NCBI GenBank assembly: GCA_963669175.1
Contig: OY769902.1
Coordinates: 1,152,001 to 1,216,000 of the forward strand
DNA from: a bacterium
Lineage (GTDB): Bacteria > Electryoneota > Electryoneia > Electryoneales > Electryoneaceae
Direction of reading: 5' to 3'
Length of the DNA stretch: 64,000 nucleotides
The notes under the pieces are model-generated. The model was not told where the DNA came from. It did not search any database and worked only from the letters and a program-made list of their open reading frames with translations. The translations under genes were made by a program, and so were the position numbers. Below are positions 39,168 to 49,192 of this stretch, in pieces. Every line of letters begins with the position of its first letter. The first letter of the stretch is position 1.

Positions 39168-42100
39168 ATGTGCGGAAAATGGACATGTTCCCTGGCTTGC
39201 CTTCTCTTTCTATTGGCAGGTTCAGCAGGATTCCTTGGGTGTGAAGATGCTGTAGAGGAGCTTCTTCCATCGCTGGAAATTGAGGCCCCGGGTAATGGGG
39301 ACCATTGGGAGGCGGGCTTGGACAGCAGCGGGGTTATCCGTTGGCAATACTCCGAGTTTGCAGGCAGCGTTCATATCGATCTGTACCGCAATGATGTATA
39401 CGTTCAGACCATTGCAGATTCCGTAAACATTTCCGATACCATCCTGATTTGGACACCTCCGTTCAACCTTGAAGCCGGGCAGGGGTACCAGGTATTCCTG
39501 GAAGCTTATACCAACGCTGAAGTATCTGATTTGAGCGATGCGTTTCATATGGATGCCCCCAGAAATCCGCCCGCTATTGAAGTGACTTCACCGCGTGGCG
39601 GCACCAAGTGGGAAGTCGGGTTGGAAGATGACGCGTTGATTGAGTGGGAGTATCAGCTTGTTGAGGGACTGATCCGGATTGATTTGTGTCGTAGCGATAC
39701 CGTTGTCACCATGATCGCGGATAGTGTTGCGCTGGAGGACAGCAGCTACACCTGGACTGTTCCCCAGGCTACCGACCCCGGCAGCCAGTACCAGGTTTGC
39801 ATTACCAGCCTGACCGATTCCACTGTTTTTGATTTCAGCACCAATTTCCAGATCCAGGAATATGACAGCACACAATCACTGGAGATCGTCAGTCCTTCCG
39901 GCGGCGACCGTTGGATGGTTGGCCTGGTCAATGGCGCAACCGTCGAGTGGGAAAACCACCATGTAGATGGTACTGTTACCCTTGAGCTGCACAACGGCAA
40001 TGATTTTGTCGCCCTGATTGGGGATGAAATCGAAGCATCGGCCCTGATGTTCAGTTGGACCGTTCCGGAAGAGGTTGAGCCTGGAAACGGTTATCGGATC
40101 TATATCGAGTCCAACGACAACCCGGATATCAATCATACAGGTCACAACTTCCAGATTGAACCGTATGATGACACGCCCATGCTGGAAGTCACCAGCCCCG
40201 GGCAGGGCGATAGCTGGCAGGTTGGTGTTGAAGATGGCGCCCCGATCGAATGGGCCTATGCGAACGTAACCGGAACAATCAAGGTAGAACTGTACCTGCA
40301 TAACGATTTCGTGCAGACGATTCTTGATACTATCCCGGTGGATTCCGGCGGTTATAGCTGGACTGTTCCCGGCGATATCGAGCCGGGGCATGGGTATCGT
40401 GTGTACGTGGAAAGTCATGACAACCCGGATGTGAACAACCTTGGCAGCAACTTCGAGATTGAACCCTATGGAAGTACCAGTTCCATCGAAGTTACCGAAC
40501 CCGGTTCGGGAACACGCTGGCCCCAGGTGGAGCCTGATGCCGCTGTCATCGAATGGGTCTACGAAAACCTGAACGGAACTGTCAACATCGACCTGTATTT
40601 CGACGGTGAGTTTGTCCTGAATATCGCGGATGAGGTTGCGGTTGATGAGCTTACCTATGCCTGGACAGTGCCGTTGAGTGTCAGCCCGGATCGAGGCTAC
40701 CAAGTCTATATCGAGAGCAACGAGGATGAATACGTCTCCGATATGGGCCGTGAGTTCCGGATTGATCCGCCTGCGGATGAAATGAGCCTGGATGTCACTG
40801 AACCCGGTGGCGGAACACGCTGGATGATTGGAGAAGAGAATGGCGCGATCATTGAATGGGAATCGGAGAACCTTGAAGGCACACTTCGTCTGGACCTGTA
40901 CGACCGTGATGGTTTCGTCGCCGAAATCGCATCGGAAGTGGATGTGACTTCCGGTACTTATTTCTGGACTGTACCAGGTACAGTACCGCCGGACAACGGA
41001 TACACAGTATATGCCGAAAGCAACCTGTACGATTACGTCAACGATGAAAGCAACAGCTTCCGTATTGACCCACCGGAAGATCCCGCGACCCTGGAAATTG
41101 CCAGCCCGGGACAGGGCGATACCTGGATCATTGGCGAAGAAAACGGCGCAGTCATCGAGTGGACTTCTGAAAACCTGACCGGGACACTCAAGTTTGATCT
41201 TTACCGTGCGAACAGCTTTGTCGTGACGATTACCGATTGTGTGGCTGTGGAAGCGGGGAGCTTCACCTGGACCGTGCCGAACAGCGTGGATGATGCCAAC
41301 AATTACCATATCTATGCTGAAAGCAACGAGCTGGCCTACGTCAATTGTGAAAGCCGCAATTTCCGTATCGATCCCAACCCGAACCCGATGGAGATCGAGG
41401 TGACCACTCCCGGCCCGGGCGACCGCTGGACTGTCAACGAGCAGGACGGCGCGTTGATCGAGTGGGAATACTCGGGCTTTGAAGGCACGGTGACCATTGA
41501 CCTGTACCAGGATGATGTCTTCGTCATGAACATCGCTACCGCGGTGCAGGTTGCAGATCTGAGTTACACCTGGACTGTACCCACGGCAGCGGGCAGCGGG
41601 CAGCATTTTGCCGTGTACGTGGCAAGTGATACGGAACCGGATGTTCACGACTTCAGCCGTGAATTCCGTATCGATCCGGCCGACGAGGACTGGGAGATCG
41701 AAGTCACGGCTCCCGGCCAGGGCGACAGTTGGTTGGTTGGTGAAGAAGGGGCCATTACCTGGACCTACGCAAATGTAACCGGGACTATATCGATAGACCT
41801 GTATCTCCACAATGGGTATGTACGTGATATCGTGGATGGGGTAAATGTTGCCAACGGCAGTTATACCTGGACCATGCCATTGGAGGTAGAGCCCTCCAAC
41901 GGTTATCGCATTTACATCATATGTGATGACAACGCTGAAGTGGATGACCTTGGCAGCAACTTCACTGTGGTTGGGGATGATGAACCAGGCGAGCTGGAAG
42001 TTACCGGACCGGGTCAGGGCGATGAGTGGGTAGTTGGTGAGGATGGTCAGATTACCTGGACCGCGCTGAATGTGGACGGCACCATTCACCTCGAACTCTA

Positions 42101-43175
42101 CCTGCATAACAGCTACCAGATGGATATAGCCGATGGCATAGACGCGAATGCTGGCGCATACACCTGGATCATGCCGGAAGAGGTTGAACCCGGTAATGGC
42201 TATCGCATTTACATCGAATCCGATGACGATGCCGATGTGAATGATCTGGGCGATAACTTCACCGTGGTCGGTGGAAACGAACCAGGCGAGCTGGAGGTTA
42301 CCGGACCGGGTCAGGGCGATGAGTGGGTAGTTGGTGAGGATGGTCAGATTACCTGGACCGCATTGAATGTGGACGGCACCATTCACCTCGAACTCTACCT
42401 GCATAACAGCTATGAAATGGATATCGCCAGCGGTGTGAATGCCGATGCGGGATCGTATACCTGGATCATGCCGGAAGAGGTTGAACCCGGTAATGGCTAT
42501 CGCATTTACATCGAATCCGATGACGATGCCGATGTGAATGATCTGGGCGATAACTTCACCGTGGTCGGTGGATACGAACCGGGCGAGCTGGAGGTTACCG
42601 GACCGGGTCAGGGCGATGAGTGGGTAGTTGGTGAGGATGGTCAGATTACCTGGACCGCGCTGAATGTGGACGGCACCATTCACCTCGAACTCTACCTGCA
42701 TAACAGCTATGAAATGGATATCGCCAGCGGTGTGAATGCCGATGCGGGATCGTATACCTGGATCATGCCGGAAGAGGTTGAACCCGGCAACGGTTATCGT
42801 ATTTACATCGAATCCGATGACGATGCCGATGTGAATGACCTGGGTGATAACTTCACCGTGGTCGCGGGTGGTGGCGGTGGGCCGACCAGCATCGAGGTGA
42901 CCAGTCCTTCCAACAACGACCATTGGTCCATCGGCGGTACGTATACCATCGAATGGGAATCGGAAGACCCGGTCGGTACGGTGCGTATCGACCTGTACCA
43001 TATCAACACGTTCGAGATGAGCATCACCGATGATATTGACATGGTAAACGGGCAGTACCAGTGGACCATTCCCGAGAATGCCCCGACGGGGAATGGGTAT
43101 CGGATTTACATCGAAAGCAATGTTGATCCAGACGTCAACGACCAGAGCAGCAACTTCTGGATCGATGAAGAATAG
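39168..43175 (+). CDS. Surface lipoprotein with 13 tandem ~100-aa Ig-like (Kre9/GPI-anchored-family-like) repeats
   Basis: Lipobox FLGC; repeated P.GG..W..G....I.W...IDLY...YTWTVP...Y.IY...D.S..F. Confidence 0.8.
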   Translation: MCGKWTCSLACLLFLLAGSAGFLGCEDAVEELLPSLEIEAPGNGDHWEAGLDSSGVIRWQYSEFAGSVHIDLYRNDVYVQTIADSVNISDTILIWTPPFNLEAGQGYQVFLEAYTNAEVSDLSDAFHMDAPRNPPAIEVTSPRGGTKWEVGLEDDALIEWEYQLVEGLIRIDLCRSDTVVTMIADSVALEDSSYTWTVPQATDPGSQYQVCITSLTDSTVFDFSTNFQIQEYDSTQSLEIVSPSGGDRWMVGLVNGATVEWENHHVDGTVTLELHNGNDFVALIGDEIEASALMFSWTVPEEVEPGNGYRIYIESNDNPDINHTGHNFQIEPYDDTPMLEVTSPGQGDSWQVGVEDGAPIEWAYANVTGTIKVELYLHNDFVQTILDTIPVDSGGYSWTVPGDIEPGHGYRVYVESHDNPDVNNLGSNFEIEPYGSTSSIEVTEPGSGTRWPQVEPDAAVIEWVYENLNGTVNIDLYFDGEFVLNIADEVAVDELTYAWTVPLSVSPDRGYQVYIESNEDEYVSDMGREFRIDPPADEMSLDVTEPGGGTRWMIGEENGAIIEWESENLEGTLRLDLYDRDGFVAEIASEVDVTSGTYFWTVPGTVPPDNGYTVYAESNLYDYVNDESNSFRIDPPEDPATLEIASPGQGDTWIIGEENGAVIEWTSENLTGTLKFDLYRANSFVVTITDCVAVEAGSFTWTVPNSVDDANNYHIYAESNELAYVNCESRNFRIDPNPNPMEIEVTTPGPGDRWTVNEQDGALIEWEYSGFEGTVTIDLYQDDVFVMNIATAVQVADLSYTWTVPTAAGSGQHFAVYVASDTEPDVHDFSREFRIDPADEDWEIEVTAPGQGDSWLVGEEGAITWTYANVTGTISIDLYLHNGYVRDIVDGVNVANGSYTWTMPLEVEPSNGYRIYIICDDNAEVDDLGSNFTVVGDDEPGELEVTGPGQGDEWVVGEDGQITWTALNVDGTIHLELYLHNSYQMDIADGIDANAGAYTWIMPEEVEPGNGYRIYIESDDDADVNDLGDNFTVVGGNEPGELEVTGPGQGDEWVVGEDGQITWTALNVDGTIHLELYLHNSYEMDIASGVNADAGSYTWIMPEEVEPGNGYRIYIESDDDADVNDLGDNFTVVGGYEPGELEVTGPGQGDEWVVGEDGQITWTALNVDGTIHLELYLHNSYEMDIASGVNADAGSYTWIMPEEVEPGNGYRIYIESDDDADVNDLGDNFTVVAGGGGGPTSIEVTSPSNNDHWSIGGTYTIEWESEDPVGTVRIDLYHINTFEMSITDDIDMVNGQYQWTIPENAPTGNGYRIYIESNVDPDVNDQSSNFWIDEE
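41982..42865 (+). repeat. Three near-identical 297-bp intragenic tandem repeats
   Basis: Units start at 41982, 42279 and 42576. Confidence 0.9.
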
Positions 43176-43215
43176 TTGAAGGGGGGAGTGGGCAAAGTTG
43201 AAAACTGCGGAGAGC

Positions 43216-43460
43216 CTGGGTGGCCCAATCCGCAAGTGACAAATTCTCGATCACAACTGAACCTGGAATACTCTAAAGAAATCGCAAAACAGGACGAATC
43301 TGTGAGCGCATCGGTACAAGTCTGGTCCTGGGAGCTTCAACAGGAAGATTCAACCTTTTCCCGATGCGCTAATTAATGTTGATTGAATAAGAGATGTCGT
43401 GAGAGTATTCTTGCTGACTCCAAAGCTGAAGTTGCATCACCTGCGGATCGGGCCACCCAG
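43216..43460. repeat. Inverted pair of 24-bp repeats (family C)
   Basis: ctgggtggcccaatccgcaagtga 43216-43239 / tcacctgcggatcgggccacccag 43437-43460; single copies at 2827-2849 and 5173-5196. Confidence 0.65.
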
Positions 43461-43550
43461 CTTTCTTTACGTTTTTTACCTTTTTTACTTTCTTTACCTC
43501 TATCACTTACTATTAGGAAATATTTCCGGTAGGTTTTCAGTTGATAGTGG

Positions 43551-44381
43551 TTACTTTTTCTTGTCCTTTTTCGTTGTATCTTTTTGTTTATCTTTAGGTT
43601 TAAGGTCAGGATGATACTGCATCACCAGTTTCTGATATTGGACCACTGTACTACGTCCGAGTCCGGTAGTACGCACAATTTCCATCAGATTAAGTTCTTT
43701 GACCATCAGGAACTTGATGTTTTTGTAAGATCGCAAGTAACGACCCACCGCTTCAAGGGTATGCGTGGTCAAGCGAGCGATATCCGGTTCCGGATAGCCC
43801 TGTTCGTACAGGTCAATGATTGCGGCCTTGTGTGTGGGACGGCTTCCCTGGTCCAACATGATTCCTTTCGTCGGCAGGATGTCATCATGCGTTTCGTGAT
43901 ACTGTTGGATGTACTTGCCAATGGTCGTCAGCGACCGGTTCAACAACACACTCAATTCCGCGCCGCTTAATAACCCGCCTTGTTCGTACGCGCTTTTCAC
44001 CAACCGCGCCAGCACTGCAATATCCCTGTCGCGCTGTTTGCCCGCACCGTCTTTTCCATAGTGGCGACGAATACGATCAACCACATCTTCTTCAGTGACA
44101 AGCGGAAGAATGACGGTCTTCACCTCATAGTCTTCTACCCGTGTCCCATAGCTGGGCTTGTGGCACTGTGCACCTGTCGTACGCCACACAATACTGCCAC
44201 CGCTGCGTTGCTCGATATCCGGATAGAACTCACGGTGCAGTTGCATGATGTCATCCGCCACCATGGCCAAGACCTTGTGGCTGCCAAGAATCTTGTACTG
44301 CTCTTCCAACAACCGGATGATCGCAGTGCGAAAGTTCCGCTTCGGCAGGGATTCATAACGGTTCCGTACCTCAGTTTTCAT
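43551..44381 (-). CDS. DUF1670-like protein B
   Basis: AYEQGGLLS..ELS.LL; PTKG..D.G..PTHK..II.LY..G; THT..AV.RY; ATG 44381 with GGAGG RBS. Confidence 0.8.
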   Translation of the reverse strand: MKTEVRNRYESLPKRNFRTAIIRLLEEQYKILGSHKVLAMVADDIMQLHREFYPDIEQRSGGSIVWRTTGAQCHKPSYGTRVEDYEVKTVILPLVTEEDVVDRIRRHYGKDGAGKQRDRDIAVLARLVKSAYEQGGLLSGAELSVLLNRSLTTIGKYIQQYHETHDDILPTKGIMLDQGSRPTHKAAIIDLYEQGYPEPDIARLTTHTLEAVGRYLRSYKNIKFLMVKELNLMEIVRTTGLGRSTVVQYQKLVMQYHPDLKPKDKQKDTTKKDKKK

Positions 44382-45204
44382 GGACGCCTCCGCCACCTTG
44401 TCCCGCTCTTTTTTTTGAGGGATACTGTGCTTGCAACTGCTCCAGAAGTTCGACATAGCTTGTCGGCCAGTGATCACCCTGTTTGTATTTTGCAAACAGA
44501 TCCAGGTACTCACCCGTCAACCGTTCGCTCTGTTGAAGCAGACGGCTCAGGTCGGTCAGCTCGGTAATGTCATGGCTAAGCAGAAGCAACAAGCGTCCAA
44601 ACGTACTCACATAGCGCTTGATCGCAAACGCGCTGTGACGTGTCAGACGGATGATCTCATCATAGGTCCGGCCACCCAGGTACAAATCAACGATCCGTGC
44701 CTTGTGCGATAACCCACGCCCAATGTCATGGTCGTAGCCACGCGTATGCACCGTATTCCCGTCAGCAAGCAGCAACGCAATATCCTTGCGGATGGTCCGA
44801 TCTGAAACGTGCAGCAGACGACTCAGATCCTCCTGTGTCAGCAACCCACCCTGCTGGTACGTCTCTTCGGTTAGCCGAAGAATCCGTTGCTGACGAAGCG
44901 ATGAAGCGCCCAGTTCGCGCAGAACATCCAAGTCCTCAACACCGTCATCCAGTGTCAGTTCGACACGAATCAGGTCTTGTTCGCGTAAGGGACGACCGTG
45001 ACGAGCTTTCTTGGACGCACATAAAAAACGAAGCTTGCCAAGCGTTGACGGCATCGTACCGAACAAACAACGCTTGGCAAGCTCCAATATCCCCGTACTC
45101 GCAGCCGGTGAAAGCTCAAACTCGCGACGAAGCGAGTTCACAAACACCTGCTCCGGCGTCTTCTCCATACACCGGTCATACAGGCTCGTTGAAGTATGTA
45201 ACAT
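44371..45204 (-). CDS. DUF1670-like protein A
   Basis: TYQQGGLLTQEDL; TRG..HDIGRGLSHK..IV.LY; TRHS..AI.RY; ATG 45204 with GGAGG RBS. Confidence 0.8.
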   Translation of the reverse strand: MLHTSTSLYDRCMEKTPEQVFVNSLRREFELSPAASTGILELAKRCLFGTMPSTLGKLRFLCASKKARHGRPLREQDLIRVELTLDDGVEDLDVLRELGASSLRQQRILRLTEETYQQGGLLTQEDLSRLLHVSDRTIRKDIALLLADGNTVHTRGYDHDIGRGLSHKARIVDLYLGGRTYDEIIRLTRHSAFAIKRYVSTFGRLLLLLSHDITELTDLSRLLQQSERLTGEYLDLFAKYKQGDHWPTSYVELLEQLQAQYPSKKRAGQGGGGVHEN

Positions 45205-45303
45205 CTTGTCCTCCAGCATGTTACGCGATCGCTTCCGATTGCCAACCCGAATACAAAGGTCGCAAACAAGAAGCAAATCGCCAAACCTACCGGAAGTATT
45301 TCC

Positions 45304-48300
45304 TTATTTCAGGAGTACCATTCTACGGGTCAAGCTGACATTTTCTCCTTCCAATCGTACAAAATATGTCCCCGAGGCGACCGGCATACCCTGATCGTTA
45401 CATCCCTGCCACATGACCTGTTGTTGCCCCGCCTGTACAACGCCATCCACCAGTGTAGCTACTTTCCGTCCCAGTACATCATAGACCGCAAGGCTGATCT
45501 CGCCGGTATGGGGCGCGGAAAAGCGAAGTGTCGTCGCCGGGTTAAACGGGTTGGGATACGCGGAATGCAGTTCCCAGGTTGCTGGAAGTGTGTTCTCTGC
45601 CAGGGACGCAACCCGTTCATAATTGTCATTGTAGCGCATGGCATAGACATTGGCTTGCGTGGGTTCTTCGCCATCACCGCCACGATAGTCCAGCCAAGTC
45701 GCAAGGACACCGCCCTGACCATCGGAAGTGACAGAGGGTTCCTTCTGACGGTAGATCGCATTTGTCAAAACCATCCCATGTTCTACATAATCGGCAAGAG
45801 CAAGGGTGCCGTCAGACAGAATATGGGTGTAATACATGTCCACGTCACCGGGCATATAACTGTAAAAGCAGAATGTGATATACATGCCATTGTCGTCATC
45901 TTCACAGAAGCGTGGCGTGTATACTCCGGAATAGATGGACGTGTCAACCGGTGTGGGAATAACCACGCCTTCATTCGGGAAGAATATTGGCAGTCCGCTA
46001 TCATCAAATTTCTGGAATCGCAGGTTGTTGTCCTCGTCCCTGCCTGTCAGCCAGATCCAGCCATCCGACGTTGATCCCAGGTCCAGGTCAGTCCAGCCAT
46101 AGCTCATCCAGCCGGTATACACGCCATAGGTATCCCACTGACAAATGCCATCCATGTTCACACGTTGCGCCATAAGATCGGCCGGCCCACTTTCCGACCA
46201 GGATTGCAGCCACATGACCACGACGCCATCGTTGACCGCAGCCATACGAGCGCCAGGCATTCTGAGGTCTTCATCATATACGTTTAACGGATTTGGCCAC
46301 AGCGGATTGCCTTCGGTATCCAGGGCAAGGAGATGAAATCCACGGTTTTCCCGTTCGATATCTTCCTGCATGAACAGGATAAAAGTTTCGCCATCGGGCA
46401 TCACCAGGATCTGTTGCAGTTCCATTCCGGCTTGTTCCCGCTCGAAAGAAAAGCCTTCCGTTCCGTTCCAGAGTCGCTGCCCTTCAGTGGTGATGCGTTG
46501 AGCCTGGATTGTTCCGGTATTGTTCATATTCGTGTTGTTGAACACGTATACCACGACGGCATCACCGTTCGGCATCGGAGCAACTTTAACTTGGTCTGCT
46601 TCAAAGGGTTGCTGCAACGGATCAATCAGGACAATATCATCGTTCCAGGCAGCATTGCCGTCTTCATACATGCGCTGAATGTGCAACCTGTTCACAATAT
46701 TCGGATAGGGCTGATTGTAGGTAAATACGGAATAGACACCTCCTATGTGGTCAGGCGCTATTCCCAGCAATTCACCATACCACCCCGATTCGGCTTCCAG
46801 GTCCGGCAGGGACTGAGTCGAAACATGGTTACCGTTGTCCTCCCACAGGTATTCTCCCGTTTCCATATCCAGCCGTTGCAGTAAAGGCCGGAAGAAGGCC
46901 GAAGACAGGTAACGGCTGTCGGTCCAGCCGATAAAAGCATTTTCACCAGACAAAACAATATCAGGCGCGTAGACATCCCCATCGATCCCGGTATGCAGGG
47001 AGTGCAAATCATTGTAAGCAGGTTCGCCAGTCGTGAGATCCAGGGACTGGAACCGAACTCCACAAGCTGCGGGATACTGGTCACGTAACACCAGTTTTAC
47101 GGTTCCATCAGCCACAACAGGCTGATAGGAATCAGTAGTCAGAATATTTCGTCCATTGCCATAATCGGTGTCATCGTTCAACCACATCTCTTCACCGTTG
47201 GCGTTGATACGCTCGAGAAGAATCCGGTCGTCCAGATCAGCATCCACGCGATCCGTATGGATACCCACGACTACGCCTCCGTCACCATCGTACGCCAGGT
47301 GGAAATTAGCCGGGTTGATGAAAATGTCATTGAATAGTGTGATCCCGTTTCTGTCGTTGCCCCAGCATAGTTCGGCAACGCCGTCAGCATCCCTGACTTT
47401 TTGCACGACATTGAGCAGTGTCGGGCCGACCTCATCATGGATACGTGCTAGGAAAAACTCATTTTCTCCGCCCGGGATAAGGTCAAATTCGAAATAATGC
47501 GGGTACATGGAATCAATGGTCTCAGAAACAGGCACACCGCCATATTCCCATACGTTGCTGCCATCCGTATCGATATGTTGAGCGCGTATCTCCAGGTCCG
47601 CCATGTCCTTCCAGACTATGAACATTCCCCCCAGACCATCCAGGGTCATGTAGAAATGATAAGCGTACAGGTTTTCCGGGAATGAATAGACAATGGTTCC
47701 GGGCCACAACTGAACCCCGGTTTCATTCCACTTATGCGCGAAGATGGTTCGAGACTGGAAATCCATAGAGACGCTTAAGATGGAGCCATCGTCATCCAAT
47801 GCGACCTTTGCATTGCCTAGTGCGTTTTCCAAGGCATAGCCACTTGCGCCCCAGGTGTAATTCCCCTGGTTGTCGATGTACTGCACGTATGTCTGACTTG
47901 CGGCTTCCCAGGCGAACATGGCGCCGTCATCATTGGTGCCGGTCATCTGCAGGTCCAATCCGGGCCATTGAGTGGTGTCCTGGGTTACGATCAAGCCGTT
48001 ATCTTCCCACATGGGTTCGCCGTTGCTATTCAAACGCTGAACCACAAAATCCCATCGTCCCTGCTTGTGGACATCCCGCCGGAAATCACGCCAGCCAATC
48101 AACCAGTCACCGTTAGCGCATGCCTGGACAACGGGGTCTTGCTGGGCGGCGTGGAGGGTGGTAACCGCGATGCCATCTGCGTCCCATTGCGCTTCATCGC
48201 TGCTGTTGTATAGCTGCACAAATACGTTCTGGGATCCACCGCTGGCATCCGACCATGCTACCAGCCAGTATCCATCACCGTCAGCCGCTACGCCATGATG

Positions 48301-48441
48301 ATTCCACATGACATGATCGCCCTGACGCACAGCCACTCCATTCTCAGGTTCCCAGATGTTGAAACGTGCAAAAGCGAGCGAAGTAAAGACCGCGGGCAGC
48401 AGTAGTGAAAAAAGGATGACAATATGTAACCGTGAACGCAT
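45304..48441 (-). CDS. Large secreted repeat (propeller-like) protein with T9SS/FlgD CTD, array member 1
   Basis: Signal peptide, DG.GG...W.D.R and Q..D..G...W repeats, YPNPFN CTD; final Lys-stop supplied by the element. Confidence 0.85.
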   Translation of the reverse strand: MRSRLHIVILFSLLLPAVFTSLAFARFNIWEPENGVAVRQGDHVMWNHHGVAADGDGYWLVAWSDASGGSQNVFVQLYNSSDEAQWDADGIAVTTLHAAQQDPVVQACANGDWLIGWRDFRRDVHKQGRWDFVVQRLNSNGEPMWEDNGLIVTQDTTQWPGLDLQMTGTNDDGAMFAWEAASQTYVQYIDNQGNYTWGASGYALENALGNAKVALDDDGSILSVSMDFQSRTIFAHKWNETGVQLWPGTIVYSFPENLYAYHFYMTLDGLGGMFIVWKDMADLEIRAQHIDTDGSNVWEYGGVPVSETIDSMYPHYFEFDLIPGGENEFFLARIHDEVGPTLLNVVQKVRDADGVAELCWGNDRNGITLFNDIFINPANFHLAYDGDGGVVVGIHTDRVDADLDDRILLERINANGEEMWLNDDTDYGNGRNILTTDSYQPVVADGTVKLVLRDQYPAACGVRFQSLDLTTGEPAYNDLHSLHTGIDGDVYAPDIVLSGENAFIGWTDSRYLSSAFFRPLLQRLDMETGEYLWEDNGNHVSTQSLPDLEAESGWYGELLGIAPDHIGGVYSVFTYNQPYPNIVNRLHIQRMYEDGNAAWNDDIVLIDPLQQPFEADQVKVAPMPNGDAVVVYVFNNTNMNNTGTIQAQRITTEGQRLWNGTEGFSFEREQAGMELQQILVMPDGETFILFMQEDIERENRGFHLLALDTEGNPLWPNPLNVYDEDLRMPGARMAAVNDGVVVMWLQSWSESGPADLMAQRVNMDGICQWDTYGVYTGWMSYGWTDLDLGSTSDGWIWLTGRDEDNNLRFQKFDDSGLPIFFPNEGVVIPTPVDTSIYSGVYTPRFCEDDDNGMYITFCFYSYMPGDVDMYYTHILSDGTLALADYVEHGMVLTNAIYRQKEPSVTSDGQGGVLATWLDYRGGDGEEPTQANVYAMRYNDNYERVASLAENTLPATWELHSAYPNPFNPATTLRFSAPHTGEISLAVYDVLGRKVATLVDGVVQAGQQQVMWQGCNDQGMPVASGTYFVRLEGENVSLTRRMVLLK

Positions 48442-48636
48442 CTTCCGTGCCTCCTGTCTGGGTAACCAAGATACTGTTGTTTTGTTCGCTAGTGGACCAT
48501 ATCAGGTGCAATGGTCCACTAGTATTGCCTCGTTCTGTCATCCCCATGCAACAGGTTGTAATGCAGCGGGCTGTTGCGCAATAAGTTTAAAGGCAACAGG
48601 TTGTAACAGAATAGGCAATACGCTTATCCCAACGTT

Positions 48637-48718
48637 GCAGACTGTATCAGAATAGAAAATATTCTCATCCCAGCGAAGCAGACTGTATCAGAATAGAAAA
48701 TATTCTCATCCCAGCGAA
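48637..48718 (+). repeat. Perfect 41-bp tandem duplication
   Basis: gcagactgtatcagaatagaaaatattctcatcccagcgaa twice. Confidence 0.85.
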
Positions 48719-48872
48719 GGCTGGGATCCAGGCAAGTATCTACAAAATAACAATTTGGACACTTGAACGGCTCTCAATATACCGCGTTTCTTGACAACAC
48801 TTAACCTCTTGTAATATCGCAACATGACTGGATCCCAGCCTTCGCTGGGATGAGAGCATCAGTGATTCTGAG
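48686..48872. repeat. Inverted pair of ATCCCAGC-GAAG-GCTGGGAT hairpins (REP/MITE-like)
   Basis: ctcatcccagcgaaggctgggatccag / ctggatcccagccttcgctgggatgag. Confidence 0.7.
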
Positions 48873-49192
48873 ACACCTTGATAGATTGGGATTCAGACAT
48901 ATAACTATCACCTGTTTCGTCAGGTCTTGCGCACATGATTTTCGTGCGTGTGACCTGACGCGATCAGCAAGTCAATTTCAAGCTGACGCAAGTCCGTGTG
49001 TCGTGTAAAGAACACAAAAACAATTTTTTACAACAGAATATCCGGCTCTTGACAAACAAACGCACGCGCTGCTCTCGGCTGGTACCGGAAACAGCGCGTG
49101 TCGGGTGTTGACTATGTACAGCAGTCGATTGGCAGCCTGTCTTCCACGCGTTTCCCCCCTTTGGGAAGCAGACCAACGCAACAACTGTCAAA

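Larger units (their letters stand above)
43509..45309 (-). mobile_element. DUF1670-pair insertion element, copy 1
   Basis: 1801 bp, nearly identical to 52369-54169; subterminal IRs 43516-43536 / 45283-45303. Confidence 0.9.

Noticed and set aside
39876-43235. 1119-aa ORF on the minus strand
   Set aside because: Antisense shadow of the repetitive lipoprotein gene; it mirrors the same repeats and has no independent protein features.
43513-43515. Reading the DUF1670 element as a classical IS bounded by its IRs with a 3-bp TTA/TAA target duplication
   Set aside because: Identity between the copies extends beyond the IR (ACTATTA), and only the 43509-45309 boundaries reconstruct Leu-Lys-stop empty sites matching the unoccupied paralogs.
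48600-48720. Possible CRISPR array
   Set aside because: Repeats are directly adjacent with no spacers, and there are no cas genes.
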